DNA of 32,000 nt from Nostoc sp. PCC 7120 = FACHB-418 (GTDB lineage Bacteria > Cyanobacteriota > Cyanobacteriia > Cyanobacteriales > Nostocaceae), in assembly GCF_000009705.1 (NCBI RefSeq), contig NC_003272.1, forward strand, positions 5,820,001 to 5,852,000, given 5' to 3'. Position numbers and translations under genes: made by a program. Under the pieces are notes generated by a model, which made no database searches, was not told where the DNA came from, and saw only the letters and a list, made by a program, of their open reading frames with translations. Numbering within the stretch: the stretch's first letter is position 1; every line of letters begins with the position of its first letter. Shown here in pieces: positions 7,615-15,840 of the stretch.

Positions 7615-10230
7615 ATGTACTTTCGCAGTTGGTTGCAGCCTAGACGGGGTTTAGCGATCGCAGAAGCTTGTGTTATTGGGGTTTTAGCTGCATTATCTGC
7701 GGTATTCCTCAAGGTCTGTTCGGGATTATTAGGTGCATGGCGGGTTCATAGTTCTCATATTTTGCCGGCATGGGTAGTTTTACCAATCATTGGTTTGAGC
7801 TTTGGGTATTTGGCTGGGCTGATGGTGCAAAGATTAGCACCAGAGGCGGCGGGTAGTGGTATTCCACAAGTCAAAGCTACTCTAGCAAATATACCGATGA
7901 AATTGTCTTGGCGAGTAGCAATAGTTAAGCTACTGAGTGCTATTCTGGCTTTGGGTTCAGGGCTGACATTAGGAAGACAAGGGCCGACAGTCCAAGTGGG
8001 GGCAGGTTTAGCGGCGGGGATGAGTCGCTTGGTTCCCACTTCTCCCGACCATCGGCGGCAAATGATTGCGGCTGGTGCGGGTGCAGGTTTGGCGGCTGCT
8101 TTTAATGCCCCTATTGCCGGGGTCTTATTTATTATTGAGGAATTACTTCAAGATTTATCAGGGCTGACTCTGGGAACTGCCATTATCGCTTCATTTATTG
8201 GTGGGGTAGTTTCCCGGCTATTGGGTGGTCGTAGTCTAAATTTAAACATAGAATTACTTTCCTACTCTAGTGGCTTTTCTTTTCCAGAAATTCCCTTCTT
8301 TTTGCTGTTGGGTGTCTTAGCAGGGTTACTGGGTGCATTATTTAATCGCGGGTTGATTTTCAGCCTCCAGTTTTACCGGAATCTGCATATTAGCTTACCT
8401 CTGCGGGTAGCCTTGGCTGGTTTGGTATCGGGGATTGTCGTATCGCTGTTGCCTGAGTCTTTTCGGGATAACGCTGGTTTAAGGGAATATGTAATCACTG
8501 GTGATTTAAACCCATCCTTTGCAGCGATCGCTTTTATTGCTCAGTTTATCCTAACTTTAGTCGCATTTGGTTCTGGCGCACCCGGAGGTTTATTTGCGCC
8601 TAGCCTAATTTTAGGTTCGGCTTTAGGGCATTTGGTGGGCGTATTAGAGTATCAAATCACGGGGGATGGTTCTCCTGTTACCTATGCCTTAGCGGGAATG
8701 GGTGGTTTTTTTAGTGCGGTTTCTAAAGTCCCAATCACCGCTATTGTGATTGTCTTTGAAATGACCACAGACTTTAACCTAGTGTTGCCTTTGATGATAG
8801 TGTCTGTGACGGCTTACTTAGTAGCAGACAAAGTAGTACCTGGTTCACTGTATGAGAAATTATTACTTTTAAATGGCATTACCCTCACTAAACAGATGTC
8901 GGTAGAGGGGATATTAAGCCAAATGACTGCAAAAGATGTGATGCAGCAACGGGTAGAAACTCTAGATGCAGAGATAACTTTAGAAGAAGCCAAGCAAGCC
9001 TTTGCTAGTTCCCACCATCGCGGCTTCCCAGTAGTAGAAGATAACAAATTAGTCGGGATTATTACTCAATCAGATTTAACTAAAAGCCTCAGTCGCAGTC
9101 TAGAGAATAATCCTCACCTCAGGGAAATTATGACAGCCAATCCTATGACAGTCACACCCATACATACCTTGAGTAATGTTTTATATTTATTAGACCGCTA
9201 TCAAATCAGTCGCTTACCAGTTGTAGAAGGGCAAAAACTGATCGGGATTATTACCCGTGCAGATATCATTCGGGTAGAAGCAGACCGTCTCAACTGCGAA
9301 AATCCCAACCCAGGGCCCCAGCCAGAACCATCCTATGTAGTTTACCAAACGCGAAGTCCCAACACAGGCAGAGGTAGAATACTAGTACCAGTCGCCAACC
9401 CAGAAACCGCCGCGACTTTATTAAAAATGGCAGCCGCCATTGCCCGCGATCGCCATTATGAAATAGAGTGTGTACAAGTAATGCTGGTTTCCCGCCACAG
9501 TTCCCCATCGGAAACCACGGTGAGAACCGCCAAAAGTCGCCGTCTTCTGAGACAAGCCGAAGTCTTAGCCAAAAAATGGCGCATTCCCCTACATACCCAA
9601 ATTAGAGTCGCCCATGATCCTGCTCATGCAATTTTAGAAACCATTAAAGACCGACACATAGACTTAATTCTCATGGGATGGAAAGGTAGCACATCCACCC
9701 CAGGCAGGATTTTTGGCAACGTTGTAGATACCATCATCCGCCAAGCCACCTGTGACGTAGTGCTGGTGAAGTTAGGTAGTTCCCCATTCCCAATCCCCAA
9801 TACCCAATACCCAATCTCCAATCCCCAATTCAATCGCTGGCTAGTACCAATGGCTGGTGGCCCCAACGCCAGGATAGCAATTAAACTGTTACCAGCTTTA
9901 GTGACTTTAAGCGATGACCCACAAATTCGGTTGACAAGGGTGTTTAAACCTTGGGAATTTAGACCAGATATGACAGTTTTAGAACAAGCCATTCGTCAAT
10001 TGATGCGTCGCCGCCAACTATCTAGTACTGTAATTGCTGCGCCAGTACAAGCTGATTCAGTAGTCGAAGGTGTGATTAAGCTAGTGGAAACTGAAGGTTA
10101 TGATGTGGTGGTTTTAGGCGCTTCCCGTGAGGGCTTATTACAACAGGCTATTCAAGGTAATATTCCAGAGGCGATCGCTTCTGGTGTCGATAGTACCGTG
10201 ATTTTGGTAAGGGGAGCAATTGAGAGTTGA
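7615..10230 (+). CDS. ClC-family chloride channel/antiporter fused to a CBS pair and two USP domains
   Basis: 871 aa. ClC motifs GSGIPQV, GRQGPTVQ and GAPGGLFAPSL. Two CBS-like segments (GFPVVEDNKLVGIITQSDL, RLPVVEGQKLIGIITRADI). Two universal-stress-like alpha/beta domains (ILVPVANPE..., WLVPMAGGPNA...VVVLGASREG). Confidence 0.9.
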   Translation: MYFRSWLQPRRGLAIAEACVIGVLAALSAVFLKVCSGLLGAWRVHSSHILPAWVVLPIIGLSFGYLAGLMVQRLAPEAAGSGIPQVKATLANIPMKLSWRVAIVKLLSAILALGSGLTLGRQGPTVQVGAGLAAGMSRLVPTSPDHRRQMIAAGAGAGLAAAFNAPIAGVLFIIEELLQDLSGLTLGTAIIASFIGGVVSRLLGGRSLNLNIELLSYSSGFSFPEIPFFLLLGVLAGLLGALFNRGLIFSLQFYRNLHISLPLRVALAGLVSGIVVSLLPESFRDNAGLREYVITGDLNPSFAAIAFIAQFILTLVAFGSGAPGGLFAPSLILGSALGHLVGVLEYQITGDGSPVTYALAGMGGFFSAVSKVPITAIVIVFEMTTDFNLVLPLMIVSVTAYLVADKVVPGSLYEKLLLLNGITLTKQMSVEGILSQMTAKDVMQQRVETLDAEITLEEAKQAFASSHHRGFPVVEDNKLVGIITQSDLTKSLSRSLENNPHLREIMTANPMTVTPIHTLSNVLYLLDRYQISRLPVVEGQKLIGIITRADIIRVEADRLNCENPNPGPQPEPSYVVYQTRSPNTGRGRILVPVANPETAATLLKMAAAIARDRHYEIECVQVMLVSRHSSPSETTVRTAKSRRLLRQAEVLAKKWRIPLHTQIRVAHDPAHAILETIKDRHIDLILMGWKGSTSTPGRIFGNVVDTIIRQATCDVVLVKLGSSPFPIPNTQYPISNPQFNRWLVPMAGGPNARIAIKLLPALVTLSDDPQIRLTRVFKPWEFRPDMTVLEQAIRQLMRRRQLSSTVIAAPVQADSVVEGVIKLVETEGYDVVVLGASREGLLQQAIQGNIPEAIASGVDSTVILVRGAIES
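9781..9829 (+). repeat. Degenerate STRR1-like heptamer array embedded in the ClC coding sequence
   Basis: TCCCCAT TCCCAAT CCCCAAT ACCCAAT ACCCAAT CTCCAAT CCCCAAT, translated in frame as PFPIPNTQYPISNPQ in the linker between the two USP domains. Confidence 0.85.
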
Positions 10231-10252
10231 AGCTGATAGCTTTAGCCAAAAA

Positions 10253-11632
10253 TCACCAATTACCAAACTTTTCTAGCAAACATTCAGCAATGCGCCGTGC
10301 TGCACCTGGTTTACCCATGCGGCGGACTCCGTTTTCTCTGATGATGTGTAGGCTGTCAGGATTGGTGAAAAGCGATCGCACAACTGGAGCCACTTGTGCT
10401 GCTTCTTCGACTAAAATCAGAGATAAGCCTAACAGTCGGCTTTGGGCTTCGGCAAAACCAGGGTTATATTGTGGCCCCTGGCCAGGAATAGCGATCGCAG
10501 GTTTACCTAAACCGATAAACTGTTCTGTAGCTGTACCAGCCATTGCGATCGCTACATCACCCCAATGCAAACATTCGTTATATGATTGTTGAGTCAAAAT
10601 TAAATAAGCATTGCGTTGTTTAAATATCAAAGCATTGCTATCTTGCAGAGGTAGGGGTAAATCTGCGTGGGGTCGCCAACCTTGGGATTGTACAGTTTGG
10701 GCAAGTATATTCAAGTCTAAACCAGAAGCGATCGCCCCTAGAAATACCACGCTGCCAGAACTGGGTAAAAATGTATCGCGTTCTTGAAAACTCCCCATTA
10801 ATGCAGAAACACTAGTCATAATTATTTGCCAATTTTGATAAGCCTCTGGTGGACGAGAACCAGGAAGCAAGGTAATTACCAGTGGTCTGTCCATCTCTTG
10901 ATAGCGAGCATTGGCCATGTAAAATAATTGTGGTGACACTTTTGGTTCTAGACCGTCCATCATAGGATTGCCCACATCAAAAGCGGGAATCGGCCAATTT
11001 TTCAGGGTTTGCGTAGTCAATCCGTCTCTAGGAAACACCGCGCGACAACGGCGACGACTCATCAACCACCGTTCCCACGGATGATAAATTGAACCAGAAA
11101 AGTTTTCCCAACGAGCTGCTTTTGATTTCCTTGGTAATAATCCGACTTCATCCCGCACGTAGTATTCTGATTTCGCCGTTCCCACAAAAGCGTAATTAGC
11201 CCCACTGATAAAGGCAAACAATAAAGGGACAATATCGCCTACCGCGAGAATGGCGTTATTGTTACCTAATTTTTTTTGGGAACTTACCCAACGCCGCACC
11301 GCTTGAATTTGACTCCAAGTAAGCTGCACTAAACCCCCGCGTACATCCCGCGCCAATTGTCGCCCATCCATGTAGATAAAACCACCGGAAGGCATGGTAC
11401 GCACTGCACCAATCAGGGGGATATTTAAATTCTGGTAAGCCAGTCCTTCACCTACCAAAGGTAAAGCATAAATATCTGGTGGATTTGCTTGTTGCAATAA
11501 CGCCTGCAAAATGCGGACAGCTATCACATCTTCCCCATGACCATTACTTAATACCAATAATTGCAACCGAGAAGTTGCCATTGGTGAATTAGAAGCTAGA
11601 GATAAACGGGACACATCACTCATAAGAAACAA
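10253..11632 (-). CDS. Lipid-A-disaccharide synthase-related glycosyltransferase
   Basis: 459-aa ORF. LLVLSNGHGEDVIA near the N-terminus and the GTATEQFIGLGKP motif are typical of the cyanobacterial LpxB-related family. The true start may be the internal ATG at 11581. Confidence 0.7.
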   Translation of the reverse strand: MFLMSDVSRLSLASNSPMATSRLQLLVLSNGHGEDVIAVRILQALLQQANPPDIYALPLVGEGLAYQNLNIPLIGAVRTMPSGGFIYMDGRQLARDVRGGLVQLTWSQIQAVRRWVSSQKKLGNNNAILAVGDIVPLLFAFISGANYAFVGTAKSEYYVRDEVGLLPRKSKAARWENFSGSIYHPWERWLMSRRRCRAVFPRDGLTTQTLKNWPIPAFDVGNPMMDGLEPKVSPQLFYMANARYQEMDRPLVITLLPGSRPPEAYQNWQIIMTSVSALMGSFQERDTFLPSSGSVVFLGAIASGLDLNILAQTVQSQGWRPHADLPLPLQDSNALIFKQRNAYLILTQQSYNECLHWGDVAIAMAGTATEQFIGLGKPAIAIPGQGPQYNPGFAEAQSRLLGLSLILVEEAAQVAPVVRSLFTNPDSLHIIRENGVRRMGKPGAARRIAECLLEKFGNW

Positions 11633-11762
11633 AATATCAAAGTTAGCGGTCTAGTTAAGTAATTCGTAATTCCACTAGGTGGAAGTAAGTTATATATCCA
11701 TATAAGAATTACACAATCAGTTTCCAGTCTCATAAATTTTAAATTTTGCATTTTGAATTTTT

Positions 11763-13793
11763 ATGCGTATTTCTTCTGCTGCCTTACTGACTTTAACTAC
11801 TCTGGTGGCTAGCAATGCTACTCAACAAGCTATAGCTGCACCTCATACAGCCTCGACTCCATCTAAACAAAATGAGAACTTGGTAATTCCTGTTGTAGAG
11901 GAAACGCCTGTACAGTTAGGGAATGTGACACCACCGGAAACCGAAGTTACTCCCCAATTTTCTACTAAATCTAGAGTCATAGCTCAAAATTCTCCCGTTG
12001 TCCTTCCCTCTACACCCCGGCCAGTTGTTCCTCCTGCGCCCAAGCCTGCAACAACGGTAAACGAGTTAGTGGTGACAGCTACCGATGTGCAGATAGTCGG
12101 TGCAACACCAGAGTTACAGGAGATTATTCGCCAAGTAATTAAAACTCAAACTGGTGGAGATACCAGCCAAACTCAGTTACAAAGGGATGTAGCGGCAATT
12201 TTAGAAACTGGCTTATTTGCTAGTGCTAATGTTAATAGTCGCACTACTCCATCTGGATTGAATGTAGTGTATCAGGTGCAGCCTGTAATTGTGCGATCGC
12301 TCCAACTCACCGGTGCAAAAGCATTAACTTACTCAGTAGCCCAGCCACGTTTTCAGTCCCAAATCGGCAAACCCATCAGCCCGGAAGGCCTCAAGCAAGC
12401 AGTAGCACAAGTTAATCAATGGTATGCCGATAATGGTTATAATTTGGCGCGGGTGTTATCAATTGAACCCAACCGTCAAGGTATTCTGAATATCAATGTA
12501 GCGGAAGGTTTGGTGAGTGATATCAAGTTCCGCTTTGTCAACGATGACGGAAAAACCATTGATAGTAATGGTAATCCTGTAGGGGGAAGGACTAAACCCG
12601 ATTTTCTGCGACAACAACTCAAACTCCAGCCAGGACAAGTCTTCCAAGAAAATATAGTCAAGCAAGATGTACAGCAATTGTATCGTACAGGCTTATTTCA
12701 AAGTGTGAATGTGGCCTTTGCTGGAGATGCCACAAAACTGGATATGATTTACGAACTCAAGGAAAATGGGGCGCGGGCAATTAACTTGGGTGGTAGTTAT
12801 AACGGTGATGTGGGATTGATGGGTACGTTGAACTATCAAGACCAAAATATCGGCGGGAAGAATGATACTTTACTGGCGAATGTGGGGTTGAGTAGGACTG
12901 ATTTGCAGTTTGATACTAAATTTATTAGTCCCTATCGTGACACAAATAGCGATCGCTTAGGTTATACAGTCAATGCTTTCCGGCGGCGAGAAATTTCCGA
13001 AACCTTTGACGATGAGATTAAGTTAGCCAATGGCGATAAAGTGCGGGAAGGTAAGGTTGGTACAGGTATCAGCTTACAACGACCCATTGATGGTTGGAAT
13101 GCTTCTCTAGGGTTTAATTATAGCCGTACCAGCATCCGCGATCGCCAAGGTAATATCACTCCCACCGATGCCCAAGGAAATCCCTTATCTGTCAGTGGAA
13201 CTGGTGTTGATGACTTAACTACTGTATCTTTTAGCGCCACCAAAGACCAACGAGATAACCCCATCAACCCTACCCAAGGTTCTGTCGTCCGCGTCAGTAC
13301 AGAACAATCTGTACCCATCGGTCAGGGTAACATTTCCATGAATCGCCTCAAAGCCGATTACAGCCAGTATGTACCCGTAAATATCTTCAACAGTCAAACA
13401 CCCCAGGTCTTCGCCTTGAACGTGCAGGCTGGTACAGTCCTGGGTAACTTACCACCCTATGAAACATTTAACTTAGGTGGTTCTAACTCCGTCCGTGGCT
13501 ACGACGCGGGAAATGTCGGTAGTGGTCGTAGTTATGTATTAGCTTCAGCTGAATACCGCTTTCCCATAGTGCCAATAGTCGGGGGTGTGCTGTTCGCTGA
13601 CTTCGCCTCAGACTTAGGTTCTGGGGACACCGTTCTCGGAAATCCGGCTGGTGTGCGCGGTAAACCCGGTTCTGGCTTTGGTTATGGTGCAGGGATACGT
13701 GTAGACTCCCCCTTAGGCCTAATTCGCGCCGACTACGGCATTAACGACCAAGGGGAAAGTCGAGTACATTTAGGAATAGGGCAAAGATTTTAA
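11763..13793 (+). CDS. Omp85/BamA-family outer-membrane protein
   Basis: 676 aa. Signal peptide, Pro-rich spacer (PRPVVPPAPKPA), POTRA-like repeats (GLFASANV, GLFQSVNV), a beta-barrel with the GGSNSVRGY motif, and a C-terminal Phe. Confidence 0.9.
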   Translation: MRISSAALLTLTTLVASNATQQAIAAPHTASTPSKQNENLVIPVVEETPVQLGNVTPPETEVTPQFSTKSRVIAQNSPVVLPSTPRPVVPPAPKPATTVNELVVTATDVQIVGATPELQEIIRQVIKTQTGGDTSQTQLQRDVAAILETGLFASANVNSRTTPSGLNVVYQVQPVIVRSLQLTGAKALTYSVAQPRFQSQIGKPISPEGLKQAVAQVNQWYADNGYNLARVLSIEPNRQGILNINVAEGLVSDIKFRFVNDDGKTIDSNGNPVGGRTKPDFLRQQLKLQPGQVFQENIVKQDVQQLYRTGLFQSVNVAFAGDATKLDMIYELKENGARAINLGGSYNGDVGLMGTLNYQDQNIGGKNDTLLANVGLSRTDLQFDTKFISPYRDTNSDRLGYTVNAFRRREISETFDDEIKLANGDKVREGKVGTGISLQRPIDGWNASLGFNYSRTSIRDRQGNITPTDAQGNPLSVSGTGVDDLTTVSFSATKDQRDNPINPTQGSVVRVSTEQSVPIGQGNISMNRLKADYSQYVPVNIFNSQTPQVFALNVQAGTVLGNLPPYETFNLGGSNSVRGYDAGNVGSGRSYVLASAEYRFPIVPIVGGVLFADFASDLGSGDTVLGNPAGVRGKPGSGFGYGAGIRVDSPLGLIRADYGINDQGESRVHLGIGQRF

Positions 13794-13812
13794 ACATTAA
13801 TTATAAATTGAT

Positions 13813-13842
13813 GGGGCAGCGACCGTAGTTAATCGCTGCCCC
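13813..13842. terminator. Hairpin between convergent genes (possible bidirectional terminator)
   Basis: GGGGCAGCGA (13813-13822) pairs perfectly with TCGCTGCCCC (13833-13842) around a 10-nt loop. It is flanked by A-run/T-rich sequence, between the BamA stop (13793) and the fasciclin stop (13876). Confidence 0.55.
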
Positions 13843-13875
13843 AAAAATGTGTGTGTTATTTATGCAAACCCTTGC

Positions 13876-14277
13876 TTACGCAGGAATCAACACCGTATCA
13901 ATTACGTGAATAACACCGTTATCAGCAGCAACATCGGGAGTCGCAACTTTAGCATCATTGATTTGGACACCATTAGATGCGTCGATTTTTACATCTGAAC
14001 CCTGTACAGTAGTGGCTGACTTCAGCTTAACTACATCAGCTGCTAGGACTTTACCCGAAACAACATGATAAGTCAGGATTTTCTTAAGCTTGGGAATGTC
14101 TTTTAGCAAAGCATCTACGGTACCTTGTGGTAGTTTAGCAAATGCTTCATCGGTAGGAGCAAAAACTGTGAATGGACCAACACCTTTGAGTGTATCTACT
14201 AGCCCAGCAGCCTTAACCGCAGCAACTAAAGTGTTAAAGGAACCAGCATTTACAGCAGTGTCAACAATGTCAGCCAT
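13876..14277 (-). CDS. Fasciclin (FAS1) domain protein
   Basis: Motifs [17 protein letters not shown] and [14 protein letters not shown] prefer the start MADIVDTAV (ATG at 14277) over the 8-codon-longer ORF start at 14301. Confidence 0.85.
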   Translation of the reverse strand: MADIVDTAVNAGSFNTLVAAVKAAGLVDTLKGVGPFTVFAPTDEAFAKLPQGTVDALLKDIPKLKKILTYHVVSGKVLAADVVKLKSATTVQGSDVKIDASNGVQINDAKVATPDVAADNGVIHVIDTVLIPA

Positions 14278-14399
14278 GGGTTTTGATAAGTTTCTGTACA
14301 TCTAGATACAAAAGTAAACTTTTTCATGAAGAATTGTATCTATCTTTAGAGATGTACTTAATTTGAGTGAGCCAAAACTATTTTGAAGCTTACTCAAGC

Positions 14400-15818
14400 T
14401 TATCTCTTCTCTGATTTCCATGTCCCGTGGAAACTGTGGGGGATGACTTTGGGTAATTCTAGTTTGCAGATTGGTTCTTCATGGAGGCGATCGCTATCAT
14501 ATATCCAAACTTGACTACTGTGAGAATTGCCGTCGTACACCACTGTTAACACCCAATTGTCCGCAAGTATGGGTTCGGAAGGATAGCAGTTTTCTCCTGG
14601 GTAGGCTTCGATGAAGGTTTGTGTCTTGTGGTCAAAGCAGGCGATCGTGTTTAATAGTTCTTGGCTGATATCTGTGCCTTGACGGAATCCTGACATATAG
14701 GTATATCGAGATGCTTGACCGACGTTTTGCCGTGGCACATGAGGAAATTCACAATGTCTATCTAACAGTTGTTCAATTGCGGCTACTTTACCAGATTGGG
14801 GATGTAAATTGACCCGTGACAGTGTACTTGGAGCAGGTGTGTGAGTCTGACCAGTAGCTACTTCTTTGAGATATTGGTTAGTTTGAAAATCTTTGTAACG
14901 GGCAATATCCACAATGACTGCACCACTAGCATCTACATAACCGTTAGCAAAATGCCACTGATACCAAGGCTCTGTTTCCCCTCGACTCACTAAAGATAAA
15001 CTTTCACGGTCAATAACTAAAATCTGAGTCCCTAATTCTGGTCGCCACTGCATAGAATCACTATAGTTGCTAGTCCCCAACAATACAGGCAACATATTCA
15101 ACCGCACAGGGGAAATAAAAAATATTAAATACTTTCCTGCTAAAACAAAATCATGTATGAGTGGGAGACCATCTAGGGAGTATGCAGATTTTTGGATAAT
15201 TTTACCTGTAGAGTCACTTTTGTAAACATTCAACTTGGCATTTAACCCCAAGCTAATACCAAAATTAAAAATTTCTTTGGTCTGGGGGTCTTGCTTATAG
15301 TGGGCAGAATAAGTTAATCCATTAGTTAAGCCACCTAAATTATCTTCGCCCCAGGTTTCTAAAGTCTGTAAATCTAAAGCGTAAGGTCTTCCACCTTCCC
15401 ACAATGCCAAAAGTTTATCTGGTAATGCTAGGACTGAAGTATTGGCAGCATTTTTAATTGGTTTGCGCCATTGATTCCAAACGGGGCCTGGTGCAGTCAT
15501 CCCATAGTTGCCGTACAGAAATTTATCGGCGGTGTTTTCCACTTGATAGCCAACAGTCTGTACATAGCGGTAAGTTGCATGAACACCTCCATCGGTAAAA
15601 TTGACAGCCAAAATTGCTCCATCGCCATCAAACCAGTGTCCTGCAAGCATCCCTCCCCGTTCTAACCGTGCAGGTCCGTTGCGGTAGAGTGTACCCCGTA
15701 ATCCTTCAGGGATGTTACCAGAGATAATGGTTAACTGAGTAAGCGGAAATTCTTTTGCTGGTTCAGTTAATGCACTTGCCCAGGCTTTCTTATTTGACCT
15801 TTTATCAACTATCTGCAT
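14400..15818 (-). CDS. Carotenoid/apocarotenoid cleavage oxygenase (RPE65/CCD family)
   Basis: Four iron-ligand His contexts (GHWFDGDG, LIHDF, WHFANG, HSFHGTW) and overall CCD family similarity. I prefer the start MQIVDKR (15818) because the longer ORF would overlap the upstream gene by 59 nt. Confidence 0.9.
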   Translation of the reverse strand: MQIVDKRSNKKAWASALTEPAKEFPLTQLTIISGNIPEGLRGTLYRNGPARLERGGMLAGHWFDGDGAILAVNFTDGGVHATYRYVQTVGYQVENTADKFLYGNYGMTAPGPVWNQWRKPIKNAANTSVLALPDKLLALWEGGRPYALDLQTLETWGEDNLGGLTNGLTYSAHYKQDPQTKEIFNFGISLGLNAKLNVYKSDSTGKIIQKSAYSLDGLPLIHDFVLAGKYLIFFISPVRLNMLPVLLGTSNYSDSMQWRPELGTQILVIDRESLSLVSRGETEPWYQWHFANGYVDASGAVIVDIARYKDFQTNQYLKEVATGQTHTPAPSTLSRVNLHPQSGKVAAIEQLLDRHCEFPHVPRQNVGQASRYTYMSGFRQGTDISQELLNTIACFDHKTQTFIEAYPGENCYPSEPILADNWVLTVVYDGNSHSSQVWIYDSDRLHEEPICKLELPKVIPHSFHGTWKSEKR

Positions 15819-15840
15819 ATAAGTTGCTAACTTAAGAGAT

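Noticed and set aside
10227-10592. 121-aa plus-strand ORF overlapping the end of the ClC gene and the 3' part of the LpxB-related gene
   Set aside because: It is antisense to a motif-bearing gene, and its Arg/Pro/Ala-rich translation is typical of an out-of-frame read.
14295-14310. TGTA-N8-TACA (NtcA-type consensus) just upstream of the fasciclin gene
   Set aside because: The site is centred only about 25 nt upstream of the preferred ATG (14277), the wrong geometry for a class II activated promoter (-41.5 from the TSS). About 0.5 such 16-mers and about 8 GTA-N8-TAC cores are expected by chance in 32 kb. It is worth noting only if NtcA ChIP data exist.
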